Below, piece after piece: positions 35,113 through 48,871 of a stretch of 64,000 nt of DNA; the first letter of the stretch is position 1; the number at the start of each line of letters is the position of its first letter. This stretch comes from the human T2T-CHM13v2.0 reference genome, Homo sapiens: assembly GCF_009914755.1 (NCBI RefSeq), contig NC_060927.1; one strand, given 5' to 3'. A model generated the notes under the pieces. The model did no database searches, was not told where the DNA came from, and saw only the letters and a program-made list of their open reading frames with translations. A program made the translations under genes and the position numbers.

Positions 35113-36488
35113 CTAGAACCCTTTCATCCTTCCTGAACAAGGAACATTCCAAAAGAACTTTATATAAAACACTTGCAAAAATAAGATATATTTAACACAG
35201 CAACTCTGAGTGGTATTCTGTGCAGGTAGAGATGTGAAAACCACGTATCAGAGAAATTCACACTTGCCTCCAATTACACAGCTAACATGTAGAACAGATA
35301 AGCTTTGCTGATTGCAGTGTGCCTAGATTAACATCATATGTACATCCTCAAAATGGAGTTTGTATAAATTAGTTAATATTTCAAATGCACAAAACGAATC
35401 TGCTATTTAAAGGATCCCTGCAGTGAATGCTTTTGTAAAGTCAGGAATAATTCTGGAAACGTAAGTTATATCCTGCTAATTCATCTGTTTTATACATTCG
35501 GCTTTTAATGTTTTCTTAAAGTTAGTCGTATCTGATATTGACTTTACCATCCTCAAAATGTCTTTCTGTTGATAAGATATTGTTACTTCATTTCTAGAAT
35601 CTAATTAAAGTTGATAGTACTCTAAGGGACAGCGAATGTCAAAATCCACCAGGGTTAATTATTTTGAATGTCTTTTAAAAGTAAAGGAACATAAAAAATC
35701 AATGAAACTGTGGTAGTAGAATTAAATTTTCCTGAGACTGTTTTCCCCAAACATATGATTTATTTGAACATTTGAATGTCTTGTTCAAGAGAGACATTTA
35801 GCCTATAGCAAATGTCCCCAACAGGACGCTGCTATGGTCACATATATTAGTTCAGCTGCCCTCCGTGCACAGGTAGGGCGGTCTTCTGGTCAGGCAGGTG
35901 TTTTGGGATATTCCTTGACTTTCATAAGAGGATGCTAACTCTCTCTGCCTGCATCCAGTTGACTAGAAGATTTATCTTCCAGGCTCCTGGAAGAGGACAT
36001 ACGCTCAAATTCCCCATTACCCTGGTCTTACCAAGCTCAGTGGCTTAACTATACTCACACTTATGAATGCCCAAAGGGTCTCTGTTCCATCCATTTTTCA
36101 AGATCAGTAGCGTCCAGGCTTTCTGCTCACAGAGAAGCAGAGGAAAGCATGGATGGTGCAACACACTTGCATGGCTGAGGGTGCTGGCTGTGTGTAATCT
36201 GTGGCACAGCGAGTAGGTGTCAATCTTGAAGTGCTGGCTGGAAATCCACCCCTTTCACTGACACTCACCTGCAGCCATCCATTGTATTGAGAACACCATC
36301 ATTAAAATGATTGTATCTAAACTTTTACCATTTTATTCTTGGATGTTGCTGATCTTGCAGGACTGCATGGTTTTGACCCTTCATAAAATCACTCCCTTTG
36401 AATTGCTCTTTGGTGTTGGACCATAAGCCTACGTTGAGGAACTTTAAAGGAATAACCATGAGAAATGTACTATGTAGTCTAGGATGTT

Positions 36489-36839
36489 CAGTGGTGTGCA
36501 ATCTGGTTGCTAAGCCATTATTAACAAATAAATTATATGAAGTTACCATTAAATACATTATATCAAAAAGAAAGTTAATAAATATGTAAAATGCATCACT
36601 TCCTAATTATTTGACTACATTTTACTCTTAACTATGCTCTTGAGGTTGTTCATGACTATTGTATTAGTGTGAAGGAAATGTTATATAAAGTAAGCCACTG
36701 TCCAACTGCAAGTTCAGAGGTGTCATGTTGGTAGCATGAAATTGGCCAAGGTTGAAGTATTCACACTATAGTGCATCGAATCAGCACCCTGCCCCACACC
36801 CCAAAACCCAGTTGTGAAATATCTAACAGCTCACTACTG
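36489..36839 (+). mobile_element. MER63 (hAT-Blackjack) fragment
   Basis: TIR-like cagtggtgtg ... cactactg; internal catcacttcctaattattt...tatgctcttgaggtt. Confidence 0.8.
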
Positions 36840-37100
36840 TATGTTATTGAAGATATTATGTTACAGCGATTAAGAGAATCTATGGAAGAGATTCCCCTTA
36901 GGGCTCAAAAGCAAATAAAGATGTACTTCTCTTCAGGTACGTGCTTATTTTTATTTTTAGAACCTCATGCTTATTGCTAACAGTTATGTTTCATCTTCAT
37001 GTTCACTGCTAAGTAGCTCAGAACCAAATCTTCAGCACCTTTTACAAAAAGAAATGTGTTCCAGGAACCTTCTTATTTCCTTCTTGTTGTTTTTATTTAG

Positions 37101-37197
37101 CCTCTTCCTTCCTTCCTTCCTTCCTTCCTTCCCCTCCTGTCCTTCCTTTCCTTCTGTTTCCTTTCTCTCTCTTTCTCTTTTCTTTTTCTCTTTCTTT
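37101..37197. repeat. (CCTT)n / polypyrimidine tract
   Basis: Direct reading. Confidence 0.85.
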
Positions 37198-37499
37198 GGT
37201 TCTATGTTGTTGCATTAATGGATTTCTTTTAGCTATCTCTAAACATGTTAAGAATGATGTGGGGGTATAAAAATAAGAAGTATACTTTAATGTGTGCAAA
37301 TACTCTTAACAGTAATGGATTATTAAGACTTCCTACCTTATTTATAGATTTTATCTTGATATAATATTTAAGCTTTCTTCCTGCTTTAATATGAAAAAAT
37401 GTATGAAGTTAGAATATAATTTAGAACGGCATATATGCTTCATTTATTAAGGGCCTGTGAAAAAATTCTTGGAGAGAAGAGTAGTTCACTTATACGTAT

Positions 37500-37616
37500 T
37501 TATTATCTTTCATCCTTCTCTTGAATGTAAGTTCCAAGAGGACATGGTGTATCTTAAAGTGTTTAAGCTACATCTCACTGAGTTCAATGAGTATTTTTGA
37601 ATGAATAAATAAATAA
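37500..37616 (+). mobile_element. L2 3' end
   Basis: gaatgtaagttccaagagg...gttcaatgagtatttttgaatgaataaat. Confidence 0.55.
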
Positions 37617-37984
37617 TTCACAAATTTTCTAATGCTCAATGGTTATGAATATCATTCAGTTTTTAATGATGATATTATACAACATACATACACACATGTT
37701 TAAGAACTTTCATTCCATACTTATCACATCCATTTAGGCTCTGTTTCTCTAAATTTTAATTCTTCAATTAAACATTCATTGCTAATGATATTTTTTCATT
37801 AGTTCTTTATAGAAATATGGTCACACATAAAAAGAAGCAACATGGCATCTTCTACCCATGTGGAAAGACCAATTATCCTAAACTAAGTCTGAAGTTTAAT
37901 ACCTCTGCATTCCTTAGATGGTTCTCCTGAATCTTTTACTATAATTCTACTGCTTTATTTTTTTCTTGTACTGAGAAAAGAGAA

Positions 37985-38170
37985 CTAACATTTATTGAAT
38001 GCTTACTTTGTGATAAATGCTTGCTGTGTATTATTAACTGACACAACAATCCAGTGAAGCAGGTCCTACTATTGTCCCCTTTTCAATAGGCAAAGTAACT
38101 GGAGCTCAAAGAGATTATGTCACTTTCCGATGTCACAGCTCCCAGTGATGGAGCTTGGCTCTAAAGCCAC
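37985..38170 (-). mobile_element. MIR
   Basis: ctaacatttattgaatgcttac...cacaacaatccagtgaagcagg...gtcacagct. Confidence 0.7.
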
Positions 38171-38476
38171 AGGGTGGCTGTCTGCCCCTCTCAACTCAAC
38201 TCTGGATCACTGCCTCCCACCCATCGCTCCTTCACCTCTGCCTCGTCTTCACCTTTCACAGGTCTCCCTTAGACACTACTTTTATTATTTTATTTGGTTG
38301 GTAAATGAGTGTTTCCAGTTATTCGACAGGAATGCCAAGCTAAGCAGCTTGGTGTTCAGTGAGTGGGAAACGATTGGGGTTTTTGAGCAGAGGATGGTCA
38401 TCCAGGAAGTAGGGAGAACGATGCCTTACAGATATGGAGACTGGAGATACATGAGTGGCCAGGTGATATTCAAGAG

Positions 38477-38971
38477 TGTGGTTGGCAAAATAATGGCTGC
38501 CCCAAATATTCATGTCCTTATCCCTGGAACCTATGAATATGTTACCTTACATGGCAAAAGGGTCTTTGCAGATTTGATTAACATTAAGCACCTTAATCAC
38601 AGGAAAGATGAGTTTGGATTAACCAGATGGCCCCAATCTAATCACACAAATGCTTGAAAGCATGGAACTTTGACAGCTGTAGCCCAAGAGACACGTGACT
38701 ACAGGAGAACAGTAAGAAAGGTGCAGTGTTGCTGCCTTTGAAGATGAAGGAAGGTGGCCAGAAGCCAAAGGTAGGTGAGTGGTCTCTAGAAGCTGAAAAA
38801 GGCAAGAAATTTTCCCTAGAGTCTCCAGAAAGGAATGCAGTCCTGCTGACACCCCGATTTTAGTCCAGTGAGACCCATGCTGGACTACAGACCTGGAAGA
38901 GGTAAATTTGTGTTGTTTTAATCCACTAAACTTATGGTAATTTGTTACAGCAACTTCATAAAACTAATATA
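38477..38971 (+). mobile_element. MLT1D solo LTR
   Basis: tgtggttggcaaaataatggc...atgttaccttacatggcaaaaggg...ggtaatttgttacagca...aactaatata. Confidence 0.85.
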
Positions 38972-39392
38972 GGGAGAGATTTAGACTACATGAAGGCAGT
39001 ACGAGTTGCACCTGCTCAGAAATCTTTAGCATCCTCTTTCCCACTGCTTTCAATCTCAATTTTCCTGCCCAGCTCTTCAGATTATGTGTACCCTTCCCAT
39101 GTTGTTCTCAATAGTGGCCCCTCCTTGCTGGGTGATCAGGCTACTCCTCTTCCTGACCCCTGACTTCCTGAGGCTGTGCTCAGTTTTCTAACTGCAGGAG
39201 ATGTTCCTTTCCCAGGAAACTATCCCCTCTTCCAGTGCTTTTCTTGATTACCTCTGCCCTCTCTGTTCTTCATCTTCTCTGATTAGCTCCAGCATTGATG
39301 TCCAGGAGACACAATTAGCACTCCATTATATTCATACATTTCATCTGTGCTACATAATACTAGCTTTTCCCCTTGCCTCCCGTCCTCTCCCC

Positions 39393-39688
39393 TTTTCTTT
39401 TTCCTTTTCTTTTCGAGACAGGGTCTTGCTCTGCCATCCAGGATGGAGTACAGTGGTGTGATCACGGCTTACTGCAGCCTTGACCTCCCACGCTTAAGTG
39501 ATCCTCCCACCTCAGCCTCCTGAGTAGCTGGGACTGTAGGCGCTTGCCATTACATCAGCGAAATTTTCACATATTTTGAAGAGATAGAGTCTCCCTAATC
39601 TTGCCTAAGCTGTTCTCGAGCTGCTAGGCTCAACAAATCTTCCCATCTTGGCCTCCCGAAGTGTTAGGATTACAGGTATGAGGTACCA
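39393..39688 (-). mobile_element. AluJ
   Basis: gagacagggtcttgctctg...gcagccttgacctcc...aagtgatcctcccacc. Confidence 0.9.
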
Positions 39689-39774
39689 GTTTTTCTTAGT
39701 GTTTAATGTATTACTTGCGTTTTGTATTGTTGCTACTTTAAAAAATGCCACCTAGTATTCTGAAATCTATCAGA

Positions 39775-39935
39775 AAGTGTGATACAGTGAAAAGATCATG
39801 TATTTTGGATTCTGGGTAAGCAATTTCCTAGCTGTGCATTTTGGGCAAGATACTTAACCTCTCTGAGCCTCAGTTTTCTTATGTGTAGAATTCAGATGAT
39901 ATCTACTTCACAGGATTTTTGTAAGGATTACATCA
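39775..39935 (+). mobile_element. MIR
   Basis: ctagctgtg...ttgggcaagatacttaacctctctgagcctcagttttc. Confidence 0.8.
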
Positions 39936-42900
39936 CTGTACTTTTCTTACTTCCTAGGTTGCTGGAGGGCAGAGAAAGTGTCTTACTCCTTTATGCTATT
40001 GACATCTACCACAGTGCTTAAGCACCCAGTAGGCATACAGATTGACCTCAGTTTATTGTCAGACTTTTGCATCTTGTCAGATATTTTCCCATTGTTTCTA
40101 TACTTGCACACCCCTCTCAACTTACCTTTCATGCAACATTCTATTAATAGAGTATTAAAAGTCTATTAAGTCTTAATAAGTCTTATCAATTAAAAGTCTT
40201 AAGCATCTATTATCACTGTCTTAAAAGTCCTAGCTTATTGTATTGTCTGTTTAACTTCTGACAGACCTCTAAGTTAATTTTACAAAATATTTCCTGAGCA
40301 TGACCTCTTTGAAATAAATCTCCCCCACCTGTCCATGGCTATTCCCCATAGACCCACTTCCAGTCGCCCATTTTATATTATTTCCCGATCACAACACTCT
40401 AACTCCACAAAGCCGGCTTGCTATTTTTTGATGCTCTTTTTCAGCTTTCACTTGCTATGGACACCACTTCAGGTTTGTTGCCCTTGGATGCAGGTGTTTC
40501 TGAGATAGGCAGGGTGTTTTATAATATATGAATACTTTCACTGCCTGCATTCTGAAGATTTGGAGATGCAGGTTATCTGCTCTTGAAACCTTCTTTGCTT
40601 TTTTCATGGTTCTAAGTTTCATCGCTGTTTCAATAAGCATTAACTCTTGATTGCTCTCTTTGGCTGCATTTTTCAGCTTTAAATGTGTTTTTTTTTTCTA
40701 CTGCCCTTATAAGCCAGGGAGCAGAGGCTTTCATGTCTTCAGGAAGTCTCTCTTCCTCCTTCTTCTCTGATTACATCCTGCTGATATCCTTATGAAGTCT
40801 GGATCTTTTGTCAGATGAACTTTGCTTCCTACCATTGCACCGTGATACATTTTTATGCTAGCATTATAGTGTCTGATATCTGCTTGGCTTGGACTTGCTG
40901 GCAGTAATCTTTATAGGTGAGATGATTTATTGTGGAAAATTGAATCCCAAAAGTGTCTTAAGAAACTGTTTTTTTCTTTTGGTGTAGATTTTAGGAGAGA
41001 CCTTCTTTCCTGCTTTCATTGATTTCCTGTGGCTGAGTGATATTTGCAAAGAGTTCCAGCCTAATATCTCTTTTTGTAAATCAGCAGTCAATTCTTTGAG
41101 ACTATTTTTAGCTCTAGAATGTTTAATAAGCCTTTCTCTTTATATATGATCAATATGGTGGTTCTAAACTGGTGCGCCTGGACTTCTTACAGGAATGTCC
41201 TCAAACTTTGGTCAATGTTTAAAATTTAATTTTGCTAACATTGAGTCATACAGTTTTGCTGTTAGGGTGTTGTTTGTCACATGAATTGTTGACCTGAACA
41301 GATCGTATAATGCACTATACTTTGGGGTGCTGCTTGTGGCAAACGTGCATTTCAAAGTATAGCATAATGTCAATTTAGTGTCAAAGAAAGGGTTTCCATT
41401 TACTGGAACGTTGATTCTTACCTTCCTTAATTCTAAGGGATTGTGGTCAAGGCAGAAAACAGTTCTCAGAGAGAGTTGTGTAAGGTGGCTAAGGGTAGTA
41501 GGATGGCCATAGACACTCCTATAGGGGTGTGAAACATGATTATTTTTTGTGATACTTCATGTTTTGTAAGTATTTCTGTCTTTTTACAATCTTGTCTTTA
41601 GACTTTTGATATTTTCATTTATATCACCAAAAAAGTATAATATGTGAAGGAATACATGCCGTGAACATACTAAGGTTTATTCTGGGCAGGCCTAAAGAGA
41701 AGGAAGGCTTACTATGCTGTCTGTATTATTTTCATTTGGGTTAGGGAGGAAGTGGACCTTTCACATTATTAATGACTCTTCAGGAAGTAGTGTCCTCATT
41801 GCCCTTTAACTTTTTGAAAGTAGGTGGCAGCATACCTATAGCTACTTCCAAAAATAGGACTGTGACTTTCTGAAACGCTCTCCTTTGTTCTTCGGAGATG
41901 CTCCATGATCTCCCTTTGTGCCCTCCATCACCTACAGATTGCAGAAGTGGGCAGGTGGGCTGGAAGCAGCCTTTTTCCCACAAAGCTGTTTGTGAATTTC
42001 CTTGCACGGTTTCATCAGGGCAAGTATTCAGAGTTTTCTAGTAGTAATTAATGGTGTCCTTCCCTTGCAGGATAATAAGGATAACAACCAGACCTATGTA
42101 GACCAGATTCTGTTGCTCATAAACTCCATGCTGTTGTTAATACATTTGGTTGGATTTGTAACAAGAAGGGCTAGGCATTTTCTTACTTGCTTTTTCATCG
42201 TACAATACTTGGAGTCCCTTTATTGAAAGTTCCAGAGCTATTGTACTTGTGACAAAATACAGTAGGTTATCAGATTTTACTGAGGACCATTTTCAGAAAT
42301 TGGTAATCTTGCCTGATTAGTATATTAAAAAATACTTAATGAGTATTTATCACCTTCAAGTCCTCAAGGGAAAGCTCCAAGAAAGTCAGTGGAATGGGGA
42401 TCCAGATACCTATATTAAATCAATACAGCATCGTAGATTTCTGCAGTTTTCTTTGGTACCGTGTTTGCCTCATTCAGAGCCAAAAAGATCCCTTATGGAA
42501 ACAGGTTTATGTATTTGAAAATCTCTGGCATTCTTTACTTTAAAAAAGGCTGCAAGTGAAGTAATTGCTATGAACTGTCTTGCTATATGAGGAAACTAGG
42601 AACTCTTTTGTTGAAGTTCTCCCCACACAACTACAGACTAGTAACTAGACCCTTATCTGAGTGTCAGTTCTGTATTTCAACCAGAAGGGTGCACTGTTGT
42701 ATCTTATTTATTGCTTGGGGTTGGTGGGGAGGAAGAAAAGGAACAGAACAATGTTCTTTCCAACCATTATATGTCCTGGTAATTTGCTTTTTCTTTTGAA
42801 TTTTATTAGCACCCTAGTTCAATTCTTGAATTCCTGGATTCTCTTCACACCTTTCTTAGTACAAGTGAATAAACAGAAAGTTCACAGAGGAAGAAGTTGC

Positions 42901-43567
42901 CAGCATGTTGAAAAACTGACTAAGGAATATTGCCTTACCTTTTCCAAATGTTCTCTCCTCTGAGGGAGGAGTTTATCACCTTTGTTACAGATGGGACAGG
43001 TTTGGCAGTAGATGCCTGCAGATGCAGAGCTCTGGAATGTTCCCAGCCTTAACATCTGGGGTACAGCTGGCTTATTCCCAACTTTCTTTCCTGCTTTCCT
43101 GGACTGGGGTTATTGTTTTGGGGCTTAATTACACTCTGGCTCTAAGGAGGAAGACACGATCATCCTCTAGATGTTATTTAGGCCCCCAAATTGGTACTGT
43201 TGAGGTATTAGATTTTCACTGGAAAAAATATGTATGTGTTGTCCTTTCTAACTAATTCTTTAAAAAGTCACACATACAACCGAATCAATAACAATAACAA
43301 AAAGCCCTTTATCCTGAAAGCTTATTGCTAATGAATCATCTTACATAGACCATGCAAGGAAAGAGCAAGACATACATGAAATACTTGTCTGAAACTTCTT
43401 TGGAGATATATTTGTTTTTGGTTATAGTTGCATAGATACAGAAATACATGTTCAATGTCAGATTTCTCAAGTGTGGAATTGACATGGTAAACAGCTAGGA
43501 GTTTATTGATACTCTCTTGTTAACACCGTGCATTTCAGATTTCAGATTTCAGAGTTTTCCCATGAAT

Positions 43568-43916
<349 letters not shown>

Positions 43917-44039
43917 TGATTTTTAATTAACAACATCTGAAAATATGAAGGGTTGCCTCTTATATAAGAAAGTAAGTACAAAGAAAATGGTAACATCAGC
44001 CTCAGGATGTGTGAATGGCTCATCATAATTTTATCTATG

Positions 44040-44208
44040 TTTAAAATGTAAGGAAAAAGATGAGAAGAAAATATGCCTAAATGAACAATGCCATTGCCTC
44101 TGGATGGTATGATTATGGGAGATTTCTTTCTGCTTTTTGACACTTCTGTACTGTTCAAATTATTTACAATGAGAATATGTTATGTTTATAATTAGAAAAG
44201 AAAAAATA
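44040..44208 (+). mobile_element. L1ME 3' end
   Basis: ctctggatggtatgattatgggagatttc...tacaatgagaatatgttatgtttataattagaaaa. Confidence 0.6.
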
Positions 44209-44977
44209 GCTTGTCCTGTGCAAACTGAAATAGTCAAAGCAATTTAATAGGAAGTTTCTCAACATCATCTTGTTACAGATACCAGATTTTAGCATTTAAA
44301 GGCAAAAGTTTTAAAATGTAAATGGTCATATGCATTTATGGATTTAACATTTAAAAATCAACTTCAACTCAACAGTGTCCAATTTCTAAGGGTTGCCTTG
44401 CTACATACACATGAATATTGATTTGAATCCTGAAGTTACCATTTTCATAGTAGTGTCCATCCCTATTCAGCATTCTGTAACCACAGCTAAAGGGCTGACA
44501 CCTATCTGACTACAATTCAATAAAATAGCTAGTATCACTCTTCTTTCTTTCTGTTTTTGGGTAAGCCAATTCTTGGACTAAATTAACCCAGTCAACTGAT
44601 GACCTCTCTATCATGAAAGCACAATGCAAGTAACTAAAAATATTTGGATCAATTAATGACCAAACAGACTCTCCCTAGCACCTGTGCTACCATTTTAGTT
44701 TATTTTGTTTTAGTTTTTTTAAGGTATGCACAGGAGACTGGGCCTGTGCAGCTAAACAAGAACAGTAACCCTTGTTATTGGGATGGTGCCCACTAGGTAG
44801 ATGGTAGAAGTTTGATTTTGCCTCTGTGGATCTAGTAGGCAGGCATTTTTCAGGCATGGATCTGGGACTAGGATAAAGTTAGTGAGGTGTTTGCCTCACA
44901 TTAGTCTCTGCCTTATCGGTAACTCTGGGAATAGTTAAGCCATGACTGTTTATGTTTCCCATAAAAATATAACTCCT

Positions 44978-45455
<478 letters not shown>

Positions 45456-45456
45456 C

Positions 45457-45860
45457 TATATATATATATAAAATATATATATTTAATATATGTAATATAT
45501 ATAATAAAAAATATATATTTAATATATGTATATAATATATAATAAAATATATATTATGTGTATAATATATAATAAAATATATATTATATGTATAATATAT
45601 ATAATAAAATATATATGTATTATATATATAATAAAATATATATGTATAATATATATAATAAAATATATATTATATGTATAATATATATAATAAAATATAT
45701 ATTATATGTATAATATATATAATAAAATATATATTATATGTATAATATATGTATAATAAAACATATTATATGTATAATGTATGTATAATAAAATATATAT
45801 TATATGTATAATATATGTATAATAAAATATATATTATATGTATAATATATATATATATAT
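45457..45860. repeat. AT-rich minisatellite, ~31-35-bp unit (ataataaaatatatattatatgtataatatat)
   Basis: About a dozen visible tandem units at the Alu tail. Confidence 0.9.
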
Positions 45861-46720
45861 AAACTCCAGTGAATAATGTGTGCTTGTATGTAAATACCAC
45901 AACTTATAGAAACAACTTATCTCTCCTGGAAATTGACTTCTACAACATGTGGCAATTCAAGGTACAGCCAGTGAGCCAGGATGTTGCTGTCCCAAAGGTC
46001 TCCAGGGTCACTCAATTAACTGTGACCTAGGTTATACATTTTGCTCTATGAAGGTAACCCCCGCCAAGGTCTATTTAAGTCATTTTGCCTGTGGATCTAT
46101 ACACATAGTTTGGATATTCCTAAGACTTTTATACAAACGTTAATGGGTCAGTGGTTGGTATTAGTGCTCTGTTGAAAATGTAACCATGGAATTTGAGTTA
46201 AAGGAGTAAAAAATTCAAAAGGGTAAATGCCCATTTTTACTGCATCATAATTTTTTCTGTATTACTACATTGTATTTCATATGAAACTTCAGTATACTAT
46301 TAATACATGTGTATTTAATTGGAAAATTATTATATATGGCTGACATTTTCACCATTTTTTTTTTAGCTCTGTCAAACATGAGGGATATGAAACTCTTCTT
46401 TTAAAGGTAGTAAACCACTATGGTAGTTATTCTCTCCATCTCTTGGTGGGAGATGAGGATGTGGTGGGCATATCCGACTCTCCAGTGGAATATGTTTGGG
46501 TTAAAAAAGACATATCCTTCTGCACCCACAGTTGAAAATCTTGGGTACTGAGTGTTATGGTGCTTCATATATAATATAAAATTTTTATAATTGGTATGTA
46601 CTTAGCTTATTCTTACTAGATACCAAGCAAAGGGGAACTTCATTCTTGTTTATTTCTTGTTTCACAAAGGTTATGAAATGATTTCCTTAGTCATCTTTCT
46701 AGCCTTATAGACTTAGTACC

Positions 46721-47556
46721 TGTAATATTATGATATAATAAATATATATTTGATCTTTATTCCTAGTTTCTGGCACAGAGATCCTAAAACCCTTGGAATT
46801 AAGAAATTAATGATAAGGAATATAGGAGCATCTTTTATTATTCATAATAAGCCCCTTCCAACCATACCTGAGCTAGTGCTAATGAAGTACTCTCGGGAGG
46901 ATGGGGGCCGGTAGCCGAAGGAACCAACCGTGTGATTGGAAGCCTAGAACTTTTAACCCCACCCTCTGACCTCCTTAGTCACTGGTGACCAACAATCTAG
47001 TCAACCATGCCTATGTAATGAAGCCTTCATAAAAACCCCAAATGAGGTTTGGAGAACTTTTGGCTCAGTGAAAAAGTGTGCATCTATGTGCTGGGAGGGT
47101 GGTGCACCCCAGACTCCATAGCGACAGAAGCTCCTGTGCCCAAGACCCTTCCAGACCTTACCTTATGTCCCTCTTCATCTGGCTATTCATTTACATCCTT
47201 TAAAATATCCTCTATAATAAATTGGTAATAGTAAGTGAGCTATTCTAGCACATTTTGGTACCTGAGGAGGGGATCATGGGAACCTCTGATTTGTGACCAA
47301 ATTGGACAGAAGTTGTGGGTAACCTCGGGACCCACTACTTGTGATTGGCATCTAAAGTGAGAGGTAGTCTTATGGGATTGAACCCTTCACTTGTGGGGTC
47401 AGTGCTAACTCTGGGAATTTAGTGTCAGAATTAAGTGATAGGATGCCCATTAGGTGTTCCCTAAGAATTGGAGAATTTGTTGGTGTGGTGGAAACTCTTA
47501 AACATTTGGTGGTGTGTTTTTTGAGTGAGTATAGAAAAAATTTGTTTTTCCTTTAG
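46721..47556. mobile_element. MER21-family LTR
   Basis: ggcacagagatcctaaaacccttggaat, cataataagcccctt, gacagaagctcctgtg, gtgtcagaattaa motifs. Confidence 0.8.
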
Positions 47557-47914
47557 TGCTCCTTTGTAGCACTAAACCTTGGGCACAGTTGATGCTTACT
47601 GAATATTTTAGAATTGAATTGATATTTGATATGTAAATGATTCCAAAGATTACCAGAATAAAGAAAATGCTTTTGAATTTCAAAGACATTTCAGGCATGA
47701 ATTCAAGTGTGAACTATCACATTTGGAGTTTAGGGACTATCTGATGAATTTGAGGCTGGTGGTACAGGGCAGATCACCATGTACAAGAGCTGTCCCGATC
47801 GACCTCATGCAACCACCTCCTGAAGACAGGATACCATCTTGTTGGAACACTGCTCTTACAGACAGGCATCCAAAAGCTAGCCATTCCATCCTTCTTGTAT
47901 TACTGTTTACCTGA

Positions 47915-48720
47915 TAGATTTTTTTTTCAAGCATTTACTTTCGACCTCTATGTGTCTTTATATTTAAAGGGCATCTTCTGTAGGCAGTATATGTATGTGT
48001 ATATATACATATATACACATGGGTTTTGAAAGAAAACTTTCTGATACTCTTTCCTTTTACGTTGGAGTGTTTAGACAATTAATGTCTAGTGTAATTACTG
48101 ATGTGGTTGAGGTTAGACCTACCATTTCATTATCTGTTTTAACTAGTCTGCTCTATTTTTTTGTAACTCTTATTTCTGGTCTTTTTGAGGGGATTACTTG
48201 AATATTTTGTAGAATTTTGCTCCATTTGGATTTTCTTATTAATTTTTAAACAATACTTATTTGTATTATTATTTCAGTGGCTGCTTTGGGAATCATACTG
48301 AAACTCCTTTGGTGTTCACAGTCTACCTACAGTTAACCTCATAACTCTTTGTGTAAAATGTAGAAATCTTGCAACTCCATATCCCTCATCTTTCATGTTT
48401 TATGTTTTTAAGCAAATATTTTATTAGTTAGATATATATATGTGATAAACCTTGTAAAACAATGTTATTATTTTTGCTTTAAACACTTGTATGGTTTATT
48501 TAAATCAGGAGGAAAGCAAAATGAAAATAAAATTTTTTGCATATACATAGGCATTTACCACTTCTAATGCTTCTTCTTGTTTTTTTGAGGCTCTAAGTTT
48601 TCATCTGGTGTGATTTTTCTTTAGCCTTAAGAACTGTGAGCTTTTAAAGTGAAAATCTTTTGATAATGGAGTCTTTTCATTTTCTTTTATCTCCAAATGC
48701 CTTTATTTCACCTTCATTTT
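47915..48720 (-). mobile_element. Old L1M (ORF2 start / ORF1 end) fragment
   Basis: catttactttcgacctctatgtgtctttatatttaaag...tgcctttatttcaccttcattttt. Confidence 0.6.
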
Positions 48721-48871
48721 TAAAAATAGCTTTATTGACTTATAATTGATATGCAATAAACTGCACATATTTAATGTTTAAAATCTGAGTTTGGACATAT
48801 ATGCATACACCCATGAAACCATCACCACAATCAAAGTAATTAATAGATATATCCATCACCTCCAAAAGTTT

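Larger units (their letters stand above)
35805..43218 (-). pseudogene. Candidate decayed multi-exon gene (exon-like blocks 43218-42939, 42854-40126, 36428-36269, 36122-36059, 35986-~35805)
   Basis: GT-AG sites bounding 84-, 146- and 72-nt intron-like gaps; phase-compatible last three blocks; long repeat-free block with uneven stop counts between frames. No homolog recognised. Confidence 0.35.

Noticed and set aside
36100-36290. WMAAESL resembling the tyrosine-kinase WMAPESL motif in the spliced model
   Set aside because: No DFG, HRD or SDVWSFG context; probably coincidence.
36867-36936. Plus-strand 70-nt candidate exon
   Set aside because: Poor pyrimidine tract, and the phase does not chain with the 22830 candidate.
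38130-38657. 175-aa ORF
   Set aside because: Crosses MIR, L2-like and MLT1D sequence, so it is most likely a chance open frame.
45457-45860. Repeat array as CRISPR-like
   Set aside because: No unique spacers; it is a low-complexity minisatellite in human DNA.
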